Of a stretch of DNA of 64,000 nucleotides, positions 11,338 through 24,080 are shown one piece after another. Within the stretch, counting starts at the first letter, position 1. Every line of letters begins with the position of its first letter. A program made the position numbers and the translations under genes. The DNA is from Ophelia neglecta (lineage: Eukaryota): positions 109,430,001 through 109,494,000 of the forward strand of contig OZ260661.1 in assembly GCA_965285935.1 (NCBI GenBank), written 5' to 3'. The notes beneath the pieces are model-generated. The model ran no database searches and was not told the origin of the DNA. It saw nothing but the letters and a program-made list of their open reading frames with translations.

Positions 11338-13815
11338 CTAGTTTCTAGCATTAACTCACTAAACGAGATTATTGTTGGCTGTTTTACATGTTATAATTAT
11401 TAAGGACTGCATTTTTGTCATTAAACTCCTCATTGTAATATTTTCATTGGGTTTTGCCCCATCAGACAAATATTCTTTTATAGCCCTTTTCAATAATAAG
11501 CCTTGAATTTGTTACACGACAAATTATATTTCTAGCCCTAGCTTGTTAAAACAAGTAAACAATGAGAAAGTTTTTTTTTTGTTCTATCTTTTTGATATCC
11601 TCCGATCAACCCCAAGCCTATGTATACCCCTTCTCAGAGCTCATATATATATATGTATTTATATGTATCATAGCTACATTTTTTGATAACTCGACTAGTA
11701 CAACGGTATTCCACGAAAAAAAGACTATGTACACCGAGGACAATTGCTGATAAAAAAGGGGCCTATAGCGTTTAAAACGTCTGTTTACGAAGTAAATTTG
11801 TCAATTGAATATCTCGGAAAACGTGTGAGGTCATTCCAATACATTCAGACGGATCCTGTTCTCACTCCTCTGTCCTTTATCAGGACATTGACATTAACAT
11901 GTATATTCAAGGTGTGAAATATCGGGAAAATAGTGTATCAAAATATAGGGGTATGTTGCATTGCAAGACGCATCTCTATCGGGATTCAATTTCCACGACA
12001 AAAGGATGCCACTCTCAACTTCAACCGGAAGTTCATAACCAATAAAAAACATGTATTTCTAAATGTATGCTCGGCTGGTAATATAATTGACTAACACCTA
12101 TTGATAAATATGGTGTTGTATACAACAAATTGACATGTCAACCTTTAATATTCATGACGCAAGACCGACACATTAATCCCGAGGGTTCGGTTATTTGAAA
12201 CCCTATACAATGATTCTACAGAAATGGCCAATTTTGAGACATGATGGTACAACTCACGCTGAAGTAGTTGAACCCATCTATTTTAAGATCTCGGAACATA
12301 TTGGACAGATTTTATTCTAATATGTGTTATTTTCATATCACAAAGTTATATTAGATGGCATTTCTTGCGTTGTCAAAACAACTGGACTTACGATTTAAGA
12401 TAGGCCTACTGTTACGGGGAAAATGTTCACGTGGGCATAAATGCGCAACTTTCGCGAAGAAGCACCCCGTAGCGAAATTAAAACGCGAGAGTTATTGCTT
12501 GTATATATAGGACCTACATATCATTTGCCACGAAATAAAACCTGCGAAGTGTCTATATGGACTACAATTTGTCGGATTGGCCTTCAGTATTTTAAAACTT
12601 CCTTTCCAAAGAGATTTTGTAAAATTCCATATTATCCTCAAACTCAGTCGAGTTTGAAAGAACATAAGGTATCAACTTGTGTAATTCGAAAGTGAGCACC
12701 ATTATAGTCAAAACTCAAATACGTATTTGATGATGTCAATTTGAAGAAGTGTATGGAATTTTTTCCCCGGCATGTACGGAATTATAGAACTTAACTCATT
12801 TAGTCTGAGCTGGGAATGAATGGGTGCATGCATGGACATAATATTGTGTCATTTGAGCAATCTATCGTTAAGATTTTGTCTTTACACAAATATATTACGG
12901 TAAAGTGAAGTCACTGCTTGCAGGGAATTAGTAGCTATATTTTATGGAAATTGTGTGGAATTGTATTAAAAATACAACAATTAAGATATTTAATTTATCA
13001 ATAATTTTTGATCACACGCCTCATTTCAGTTCGAGATTCAATCAATCTTCGATGTATTGGTAAATAACAGAGCGGCATAATCCTTAATTAACTCAGTTAA
13101 ATCATGGCGCGGACTTTTGGGGGTACTTTGTTACTCTTTTCCTGCCAGTTTTGTACAGAAGTTCGCCGTTTGGGGATAAAAGACTATTTCCTTTAAAGAA
13201 AGAAAATACCTCTGGTATACATTTAAACCATTCAGGGATGAACCTCATACAAGCAACGCCCGCCCAAACTTAGTGTTTAGTTTATTCCGGACTGGCAATA
13301 TAAGGAGGGGTATGGGGGGCATATCTTCGACAGGGGAATTTTAACAGCAAAACTCTCTAATCTGGCTTCGCCAAAAGTACAAACTGTGATGAAATTAAGT
13401 CAGATGGCTTGTAGAGTAAAAAAGATAAAAGTGATTTAGGAGATTGCTTAATCGTTTTACCCAATTTTGGCCGTTTTTACATTGAATTGCTGTCAATTCT
13501 TTTTATTCTAAATTCATAGCCTAAAGCTCGCTGTCATTTAGGCGATATCGCCCAACATTGGGCGGGCAAATAGGGTGACCTATAGGAGATGAAATCACAA
13601 GGATAAAAACAAAAGTAGGAGTTCTATGCCAAAGTAACAAGAAATGAAAAAAATTAAACCAAGTGCTTTGTAGGTAGCATTAAATTAATTTATTAGGCGA
13701 ACCGCATCTAGCCGAACTCTTGGCTTAACCGAAGTAAATATATATGTCTCCGAATAACGACTTAAAATGCTGCCAAAGTCTCAACAGTGAACGTGGTGAA
13801 ATAAAACTTCTTTGA

Positions 13816-14020
13816 ATTAAAAGCGGAAGCGCGGAACCTTGTGGAGGTAAATCCTGAAATTAGAACAGAGCACCTATTTAACTTGCTCCTAACCCTTTTC
13901 CTAATCCTGAAATTAGCCCTCAGCCCCAAATGAAGACTTGTTGACGCCTTTTTGCATCCTGTCTCTCTGAAATGCCCATGACGTCCGCGTCCGCAAAGCT
14001 TCCACACTTCCGCGTTTAAT
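13816..14020. mobile_element. Short MITE with ~32-bp TIRs and cctaaccc-like interior
   Basis: attaaaagcggaagcgcggaaccttgtggagg versus the reverse complement of the right end, attaaacgcggaagtgtggaagctttgcggacg. Internal repeat aatcctgaaattag x2. Confidence 0.7.
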
Positions 14021-14826
14021 CAATAGCCAATAAAACTAACATATTTCGGGTCCTAAAGAATTAACTATAGTGCACTTCTCTTAACTTAATGTATTTTTGT
14101 TTCTAGCCAGCGCTTTTTACGCTTTCAACGTAGTTTTAATATCGTCCAGCGGTGTCAAATGGCATCTTTTGTAAGTTCAAAAGACAGCCATCAGCGTCTC
14201 CAAGCACCTGAAAAAGCGTTAAATTGAATACTGTGAATTGAAATTTGGGCAGAATTGACTCAGGATATTTTAGCGCAAGGGGTGCTTTGCAATCCAGTCG
14301 AGTATGAGCGTGTAGGGCCTAGGCAGTGAAAGAAAGAGTACTACAATTTCTACGGGCACACAGGGCAAGTAATTTTCAAGACCAGCAGGCCCTGTTGATA
14401 TTCAGCAGATCCGGAAATTGTGGCTTAAAAATGGGGTGCAAAAATGTACTGGCCCGCTGGGCCTGGAGAAATCTATTAAGCTCGCCTTTAAAACGATAGG
14501 TCCCAGGCCTACGGGCCTATCCTTATTTCATTCCCTGCAAGGCATTTGCTTTCCTGCTTTCCTGCTTTACAGTATATTTCATGTATAAGAAAAATGTGTG
14601 AACGTTGAAATCAATTTTATAATCATGTCTGCGAGGTGACCCGAGAATCTTGATGTAATTAAATTATGCCGACGAGGTTGAAATGAGAATCTTGATGTGT
14701 TCTTTGCGGCTATGTATAACTTAATACATATTGACAATATATTATTTTTATTTTGATAAGACGAACAATAACTATGCTATTTTAAGCCAATGTTTTATTA
14801 AAAAGCTCAACAATGTATCTCGTGCA

Positions 14827-15000
14827 CATTAAAACCTGTGATTTGACACCATCCAAGGGCCCTGAAAATACTGGTCTGATTAAGAAAGTGTTAGGTTTAT
14901 GCAGATTACTTTATACAGTACCCAGTATGACCTTCATATAAGTGGCCTGAATTGCCTGGTGGTCTGATTATAGTGGTGGTAATTAACACAAGGTTTACTG
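14827..15000 (-). mobile_element. CAGTGAAACC/'cagaccac' MITE family copy (Tc1/mariner-pogo-like)
   Basis: aaaacctg..ccaagggccctgaaaatactggtctgatt..ggtggtctgattatag..ggtttactg|ta, colinear with the copy at 23796-23914. Confidence 0.7.
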
Positions 15001-16253
15001 TATTGGTCACATATACCGGAGCTTGCATCAAGACTGCAAGAAAATTCGAAATAATACTCTCCAATCAAAATAGTACCATCTTCTGGTATCTAGCAAATTT
15101 TCTGAATTAAATTTGTTTCCCTTTTTCAAAAACCGAATTGAAATTCAAGAAACATATTTTCTATAACATATATATAACATTTAACATTTAACTGTAAGAA
15201 AGAAAATTATTTTGGGTGTATCATTTATACCTCTATTTGACGAGTTTCAACGCGAGTGCTTTATATTAAGAATGTAAACGACGAATCTGATATGTAATAT
15301 GTTTGTCTATATATTTGGAAGAATACGAGCCTGTCATATCATTGCGACATATTGCAACTCTATTTGCGACAATATACAGTGTGAAGTCACGAATCAGGCA
15401 AACGCTATTCTGTTTGTCATGGACCCATTCAATTTGTAACATGTCGTTGGACAGACCGCAATCAAAAAGCGAACGGGCGAGTATACAAAAATATCCATGT
15501 ATAAAGTTTCAATAATATTATTATTATACCTGCATTATTGACTCACTTTTCTTCATTTCTACGTATCGTAGGTTTTGATTTAATCAATTTATCTTTTTAA
15601 TATAAAGTGATGACAGCGGAGGCAGTTGAAGCAACCGTGTCGTGAATTAAAACATTTGCGGTTTCCCAATATGTCTTAAACAGCAATGTAATTGAGACAC
15701 GCCTCATGCTTCATTCCGAAACACCGTGAGAATAAGGCGTGTTCCCATTTTGATGGCGTGTTTATATCGTGTGGTCTGTCTGTGTCAAAGGATCACCTGG
15801 GCTGTTGAGATTTGTTTGAGGTGGTTGAACCAATCCTAGAAATACAAGCATTCACCCTAAATAGGTGGCGATAACAAGAGAATAGACCAAGCCTTTATTG
15901 GCGATAGTATTAGATGCACGACAAAAGGCCTGAAGGGCTTTTAAGAGGTTAGGATTTTTCAAGGGATGGACGGCATATGTAAGCTCCTTTCCTTCTCTAC
16001 CGAGGTCCCCTACAAGTGTACCACAAACTCAATTAACGTGACTAACGCCAGTAGTTAGTAAACAAGTAAAGCTTCTTGCTAAAAGCAATGTATATTTATC
16101 TTTCGATTCCTTTGGGGATCCACCTTGCGACTTTGATGATGAGCGTGTGATGGTGGGGAGCCACGAGGACTGGCTCCACCCCTAGCGTCAGACGAGACCA
16201 ATCGGCTGATCCAGCTGCCTCAGTGACTCATTACCGTCTCACCAGAGTATAAA

Positions 16254-17596
16254 GGGTCTAGTCACTATTAACCGGGGGGGGGGGGGGGATCTCAGATATG
16301 AAATTGTAATAGATAGCCCCTTCCCAACCCCTTTATGGATGACTCCCACCCCATGAATCCGAAAAATGAATGACAACCCCCCCCCTCCCCAATCGACAAG
16401 CAAAACTTCTATTTTAAATACTAAATGTTGACACCCACCTTTTGAGGAGACAAAATTGGGGAATTCAGTTATATCAACTTAAATGCAGACCAAAGTCATA
16501 TTTAAGATTACCGCTGCATCCTCTTCATATGATATTCTATTAGTGCTCAAATATTTGATTCACTTTTCTTGCACCATTAAGATATTACAAGATGGTGAAG
16601 TACTCAGCAATCTTAATTTGACCTTAAATGTCAAGACAAAGGTTAAATTCAATACAACCAGTGGATACGACTTTCTATACGACCTGAAATGACTTCGTGT
16701 AAATGATCAGCAGGGTTTGTAAAGCTTTTATTCATGCACCGTTAAACCATTAAAATATATTAAAGGTTTGGCAGTCAAAATTTGACCTATATAATGAGGT
16801 CTGGGTTAAAATGAAATACCATCAGAATCATTGTATAAGATTTCGAATTGATGAGCAATAAATTAGATGCTCCTATCTTGATCATGATCTAGACTCGCAA
16901 TAAAAATCAATAGTCTTGATTGACTTTGAAAATGAGAGCCAAGGTCAAATTCAAGTTCACCGCTAGATTCCTTGCCTATGGCTTCTTATCAGTTTATAAT
17001 AGATTCCTCCTGCCAATCCTCACCAATAAGGTATCAGAGGGCTTAACAGATTTACTGTACATTTTGGAAATTTGTTTTGTTATTTCATCAAATTTTATCA
17101 AATTTCGAATCTGTAACAAAGTCGTCCTATGGTCCGCTTGTGTCAATATGAGGCTAAACAGCCTGATGGATTATGAGATGAGGATATTTTGACGTTTTGA
17201 TATACTTCTCAGTGGTTCCGGAAAATATAGGTTAAAATGACCTATTTTATGTACATCTGAGATTTTAAAAGTTTTTTTACAGTTAGCTATAAGGGTAAAG
17301 TTGGAAGGCTAGCGATTTATGAGAAAGAGTTAAAAGAAAAAACAATTGTAGACGGACACGGTCGGGTGTCTAACAACATGATTTAATGAGCCCAGCTTTG
17401 CTTTGCAAACTGGTTTAAATTTGCAACAGGTTTGTACTTTGTAATTAATGACTCCAACCCCCCCCCCCCCAAAAAAACTACTAACCCCCTTCCCACTAAT
17501 GCTTAGATGAAAATTTATGAACCTTCTTGTAATTGTTAAAAAAGGCTGACTCCTATGATTCCCCCCCCCCCCACCTGGTATTTAGTGACCAAGCGC
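16254..17596. mobile_element. ~1.3-kb non-autonomous DNA transposon with poly-G subtermini, containing ttgacctt/aaggtcaa-type repeat fragments
   Basis: The left end gggtctagtcactattaacc(G)n mirrors the right end (C)n-acctggtatttagtgaccaagcgc. The interior (16480-17040) has repeated ttgacct/ttgactt...aaggt(c/t)aaattc units. Confidence 0.55.
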
Positions 17597-19739
17597 TAAA
17601 TTTATCTTAATGAGAAGTAACTATAGAGTACCTACGATCACTTTGGAAGAACTCACCTGTGTCCTGAACATTACTTGGTAGCGTCTTGGATCAGTTCTTT
17701 TTTTCCAAACTCAAACAGAATTATTACTAGCCATAATTGAAAGGGAAAGACAAACTATGTTTTCAGTGTAGGAATCCATAGATGGAAGGTATGCAGGTAA
17801 GCCCTAGATTATAGTTTAAAGCCTTAGGATATATGTTTTATAGATTAAAAACGTAACCGTATTTAATTGTCCACGTTGACGACCGCGATAACAGATATTT
17901 TTATGCCGGGGTTATCTGGTGGTTTATTTATAAAAACAAGCTTGTCGACAAACGGAATAGGTTAATTACTTCCAATAAAAATATGCATTAAGTAATTGTT
18001 TGTATTAAATCTACGTCTTGTTGATTTCAAAATAAAAGAATATGTAGGCTGCGTTTCCGTTCTGTTCTTCAGTCGTGATGTGTTGTGACTCAGGCGGCCG
18101 GTAAATGTCGGTTACCAGCGTAACCGTGGTATATTACGATGATGTGTTGAGGTAAACTTCCTATGTTTTCCCGCCCGACATCATACATCTAAATAAAGTG
18201 AATGGCGGTCGTAACATATCATACATAGGGCGTATATGGTATGTCAAGATTTTCATGTAGACATGTCATAGGTATGCATGAAGATAAACTAAAACACGGT
18301 GTAGAGCATGACGACCGAATAATAAAGTCGTTTGGAATTTGACCTTTTACGTATGTTTTTTAAGAATTTCCACGTGAAGTAAGAGGAGCTATTAAAACTT
18401 GGTAAACAAAATTATACTTATGTGAATAGAGTCGGACCCTTATCTCGGAATTTCTTCCCAGAGAGCCACTCCCATTCAAAAAAGTGTGTGTTGTGGCGAC
18501 GTACCAATTCCCCTGATATAGCCGGTCAGTTCACTCAATCAAACAGCGGTTTCTATCAATATGAGTCTTCCAAAGCCGAAACAAGTCGACAGAGCATTGC
18601 TTCCACGTGGTTTAAAAGTTGTTATATGTTGCCGCTGAAGTTGGCTATGGTTAAAATCCCACAAGGCTCAATGCTTTTTAAATACCAAAGTAACCTATGT
18701 TTATTGAAGAAAAAAAAACAGCCACATGTCAATTGGGGAGAAATCTAACTAATAAAACTTAAACTTAATAACAAAACAGGCGCTTAAGACGGAGGAATGT
18801 GTTTTGTGATACAATCTGTATCCTTCAGATCAAAAATTCAAGAGCCCCAAACGTGCATAACTATTTTGTCTTATTTTGAAGAGAAATTGTATAAATAGTA
18901 CGCTATAAATAAACCTGATAAATATGAATGCTAAAAACGGGTTTTGATGAAAATTATGTTTGTGGTTTTAACAGTATGAGAATTAATGAAGCGAACACTG
19001 ATAGTGCTGCTGTACAACGCCGTATGTATAGAAAATATACAACGGTTTATTCCCGATTTTTCCGAGTTAATAAATCGACCATTGAAGCCACTTAACAATG
19101 ATTGTGACCGTTTAAACTGATCTTAATTCCCATTAGACTGTGCCCTGTCCGCAATGGACAACTAGACTTTTCATCGCGAGATTCAATGCTTGATTTAGTC
19201 TGAGGGGTGAGTCATCGTTCAATAAAGTATCGACATAATCCTGGGACAATAGAAGTAACGATATAGCCATAATCACATAATGGGCCGTGATACGTATCTC
19301 GTGATACAGGAATCTCGTTAGATCGTACGGTGTTCCGATATGATTAGGCTTAGGCTCTTAACTGTTGAATGTGGTCAAGAAATGTATCTACCTTAGCGAT
19401 GACCTACATTTCAAGGTTACTTTAGTAAAACCTCTCCACAATAATCATTATGAATGGCCTTAGAACTTATATTAGTCAAAATTGGCACACATATACGGTG
19501 CTCCAGTCGCTCATCTTCACAGATAAGGCTAAGTTGCATTTGTTTAGGCGACAATTATATTGAAAATAACTATTCTGTCACATATTCAAACTAAGGGCAA
19601 ATTAGCATTTGGTTCATTCTTCACGGTGGCGTTGTCTCAATTGGCCTTATTAAATTATCCTGACCGTTTTAACATGGGACACGGATACTCCCTTCCGCGG
19701 TGTCAATAAATCCAAATTTTAATTTATTCAAAAAACAAT

Positions 19740-19890
19740 GAACTTGTTATGTTCAACCTACCTATCAACTATGAGGACGCTAGGCCCAAGAGTTCTCTGG
19801 TTATTGATCTGATTGGTTATTTGTGTTTCTGGTCTCTGGGACCTTGACCTTTGACATGTTGAGCTTAAAATGTAAAGGGGTCATCTTCAG
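19740..19890. mobile_element. Single unit of the 144-bp Helentron/HINE-like repeat
   Basis: tcaacctaccta(t/c)caactatgaggac..aggc(c/g)caagagtt(c/t)tctggttattgatc is shared with 46800-46860. Carries gaccttgacctttgac. Confidence 0.7.
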
Positions 19891-22800
19891 CGAACTGTAG
19901 GTAACTGACCACATTAGGCACTGTGTAAGGATTTGGCAACAGATTATTATCACGGGAATGGGCCTATTCCGAATTTATGCATCGTATGTTGAAAAACTGA
20001 TCTAAAATAGTAGGTGTCGCTGTTTCTACTAACTGCGAATTTCGGAATGGAGGCTGGTCTTAGGTGAATATGGCCAATCTATTTGAAACTACGACCATTT
20101 CTTAGTTTGCTTTTGTGAGCAACTTACATGGTTGTCAACTTGTGATGTTATTTTTCATATCTAAATATCTTACAGTAATGATGGAGAGAAAAAGTAGACT
20201 ATGACATTACTGCAGACTGTCCAAAATTAACCAGTCAACATTACTATGAAACAACCCCCATTTATAGGTGACAATGGTTACATTGGTATAGTTTCTAGCG
20301 AGTGACCCTCAGATGCATGCCTTCAGATTATGGGTTTTTAATCTCTGTGTGAAAAGTTCATTATAAGGTGGATCACGATTGTTTGGGGTACTGCAGATGT
20401 CAGAACAAGAGAAAACCCTAATACGTCGTTAGAGAACATTTGTTTGTTATGAAGGCTCATTGAAACCATTATCCCCCCCACCACCACCTTTTTCGGAGAA
20501 AATTTTTGGGGGAATTGTTTATCCAGACCTTTATAGTTAATTAGTTAATGTGGGGTCGCTTTGTGGTTTTATTGAAACACATTTTTCCGTCTTGTAGGCA
20601 GTTTTAAAGAAAACGTTTTTTCCTTTTTGATATGTTCGGACTTTTATTTAGACCTATTAACTATCCCTTTCCATGATGGGGGGGGGGGGGTGTTTCTTAT
20701 CGCCTTGTATTATTGGTATGGATCAAATTCCTCTGTCCAGATCAAACTTCGTACAGGAAGCGTTGAAAATCATAGTGATATTACAAGTCTCTAGGACTCA
20801 AATGCATTGTCTTACAGGCCGATACAGGATAAGGCCTGGGCCATACCGTCAGGCAGTGAATAGGCCATGACCTATCTCTTCAGACAGTGTTAACAATCTT
20901 GGGGTTTCCTTAAATACAAATTTCCCTTCATTTCTGAGTGATGTCAACACTGTAAATGACAATATAACCCTTCCTTGTTATTGCTTACCATTCCGGAAAA
21001 TAAAACAAGGATTCACAGTTGTTTTTGAATAGTCAATTTCTTTCTCTTTCAATGATACATAGCGCTTAACCAATGTATTTGTTTCGCTTTTTTTTACATC
21101 CCATTACCACGATTACCATACATAGCAATTAGCAAAGTTTGAGAAAAATAACGTGGCCATCAGTTGTACCAATATCACAACCTTAACGTCAGTTTTGAAA
21201 TTATGAAGATTGTATGTTAATCTCATGTTGGACTTGACCCAGAACACACTTCTTGCTTCGTGGGTCTCTGTCATGTAATGTCTAAACAATGTTAAGCATG
21301 CAAAGAATTTGAATGGATTGTCAATTAGCAGCATAGTGACACTGTTAAGCATGTCCAAAACCTAGCTATCGTTATTTGGAGTAAATGGGGAATTACTGTA
21401 AATAAACCACTAATCTTAGGTCTTTGTTCTTTGGAATGTTCATTCAGTTCAGTTGTGTTTGTATATCCGCAGACGACCGCAACTGTTGACAGGTGGAAAT
21501 CAGAACAGCGCGACACGTGCCAATAGTCACTGAAATGTCTGTTGATTTGGTGACTCAGGCAAAAGCAATAGCATTCCGCTGGTATTCTTCCGCCATGTTA
21601 TTATCTAATTATGTACATTAAGCCACCAAATATATATACGTCAACCGCAACAAAGAGTTCCGATTACAGGATGTGAGGATTGGTTAATTCATTTTTAAAT
21701 GCTTGTGGGTTTCCATCTAACAGGAATTATATATATATGTTACTTGGTACTATCGAGTTTATGTAAACCCTTGTATTATCTGGTCCCGAAATGTGTCTAG
21801 GGCTATGACATTTGGCTAATTAATTCGTTCTTCTTGTATATTGGCTTACTTGACTAGCTGAAGAAGACTTAACTCAGCCGTGTACTGAATGATTGATAGT
21901 TTGATTGCGCTGTTGTTTTTCCGACTTACCGGATCAGAGAAGTCGATAGCGCTACATTTTTTCTCGGATCTGACGGTAGATTTTAGAATAGAAGCCTGAT
22001 GTCAGAAGTAAGGCCTTCTAGATAGCAGACGATATAGGAATTTCGTGAGCAAACACAGGTCTACCTTATTTTAGCTATAATGAATTTCCGATGATGCAAT
22101 ACATGACTTACAACTCATCGCATATTAAAACATTTACGAGCTTGTTGCACCTGCACGTAGGCCATACACCGTAAACAAAACCGAGGAACATTTTCGCTGA
22201 ATCCGACTAATTCAATATTTTTACAGCTACTCGTCCGATAATAAGACTATGAGAGCCATATTCATACACAAAATAGTTACGTACTTGTGCACAAAATAGT
22301 TACGATCGTAGATTGTTAACCGAAACAAGAGTTCAAAGGCTGGACAGTGTTGTTATTGGTACTTTTCTCTGCATTCACATAAAAGGCCCATGCATTGTAA
22401 CATGCTTCCATAGCCAAAGTAGGGGGTCACCTTCTTACATGTTATCTAGAGATATGTTATATCAGTGGGCGTTTTCAGGAATTCTTAATAGAATTGGAAT
22501 AGCACATTAATTAGACCTATCTATTCAATTATAACACGTTACCCTCCGACCTGGCCGTTGACTGCCATTAAGGCACGGGAGCTTGTCGTTTGGTCTGATG
22601 ATTGCGATCGGACAGTAAACAACCCATCCGGCTTCTGGCCACCTGATCATGTGTTATATAGCATCACTTGCAGCGCCGAAATCTCTGTATTATTACTAAA
22701 AATGTATCCAGAGACATATAAGCCGGCTGTTTTTTATACTGTCCGATCAGTCACCAGATCAAACGACAAGCTATATATAAGTATATTAAGATATTAAAGC

Positions 22801-23795
22801 TGTATTAGTTAACCAGTATGTGTCGTTAGCTGTGCGCGGGAGTGAGTCCTGTTGACCTCGGGCCTGTCCGTTGCAGGGTTTAGGTGACGGTACAGTATGT
22901 CCGACAGATGTTGCGGTCAGTTGGAGTCTGGAGGACCGTTATCGGTGTAGGATAAACGTTTTTCATATCCTTGAGTGGATATCGGGTGAAGACGCCGCCA
23001 GCGTGTCTATGTCATAGGAATGCGTGGTTAAACGCTGTGTTTCCGGTATTGTTTGGCGGACAGATCTATTAACTTAAACGATATCCCCGGCACTCCCTCT
23101 CTGGGCCTGGGGCATGGCCCACACACCGCCGTCTTTCTCTCTGTCGCCTCCTCCATCCTGCCACCACCGACCGGAACACCTGCCTTGAATTCAGGAGAAG
23201 AAAACCTTTGAAAGCAATTGTATATAAAGTCGCCAGCCCACCACCCACTCACGGCAGTCTCTTCCACTATCTGGGCCTTCGACGGAATGCAATGACATAG
23301 ATCTAGTTATTTAATGGCCTCCCTGGTCTGATAGGTATACGCATCAAAACGTCAGCCCCCACCTTCGGCTCATTATCGGACTAATGGCATAATTGCTTAT
23401 CGGTGGTTTCCTGGCATTTTTGACAAAAAAATATTTGCCAGGTCATTGCATTCACGGAAGTGTCTCGCATGCTCAGAATATTACTGATATAAGTGAGTTG
23501 ACCAAAGTGACCTACAGCGCATTTTAGATCAAAGGTCACTTAAAACACGCACACCATGACGTCTGTCTGTCATTTATTATCCACGTGTTGAAAGTACACA
23601 AGATTAAAAAGCATAATAATTAGCAACGAATTCCAGGACTTTACCCATCACTTTTATGCCTATACACAGGCCTTACTGTAACGTACAGTACATTGTATTT
23701 TCATATAAAGTTACACCCTGTACTGTGGACGTAAACAAACTGATATGTGGAGCCCGTGGCTTTTGTTATCGAATTTTTATTTCTAGATTCATGTA

Positions 23796-23914
23796 CAATG
23801 AAACCTGGGAATTCAGACCACCCAAGGGACTGGGGAAATACTGGTCTGATTTCAGGGGTGGTATTATTTCAGGTGGTCTGATTATAGAGGTGGTCTTTAA
23901 GTCAGGTTTCACTG
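23796..23914 (-). mobile_element. CAGTGAAACC MITE family copy A
   Basis: ta|caatgaaacctg...caggtttcactg has short TIRs and internal ggtggtctgatt repeats. Confidence 0.8.
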
Positions 23915-23924
23915 TGTATACATA

Positions 23925-24080
23925 CAGTGAAAACTGCCTTACAGACCACTTGTAAAATCAGACCACCTGTCAATTCAGACCACTTCTATAAAGGCCATTG
24001 TGTAGTCTTTCAATGTAAACTCTATAATCAGACCAGTATTTCCCAGTCCCTTGGGTGGTCTTAATTTACAGGTTTTACTC
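23925..24080 (+). mobile_element. CAGTGAAACC MITE family copy B (inverted relative to A)
   Basis: ta|cagtgaaaactg...caggttttactc|ta. Its tcagaccagtatttcccagtcccttgggtggtct is nearly the reverse complement of the start of copy A. Confidence 0.8.

Noticed and set aside
13223-14064. Possible piggyBac-like element bounded by TTAA
   Set aside because: The terminal match is too degenerate to support by eye.
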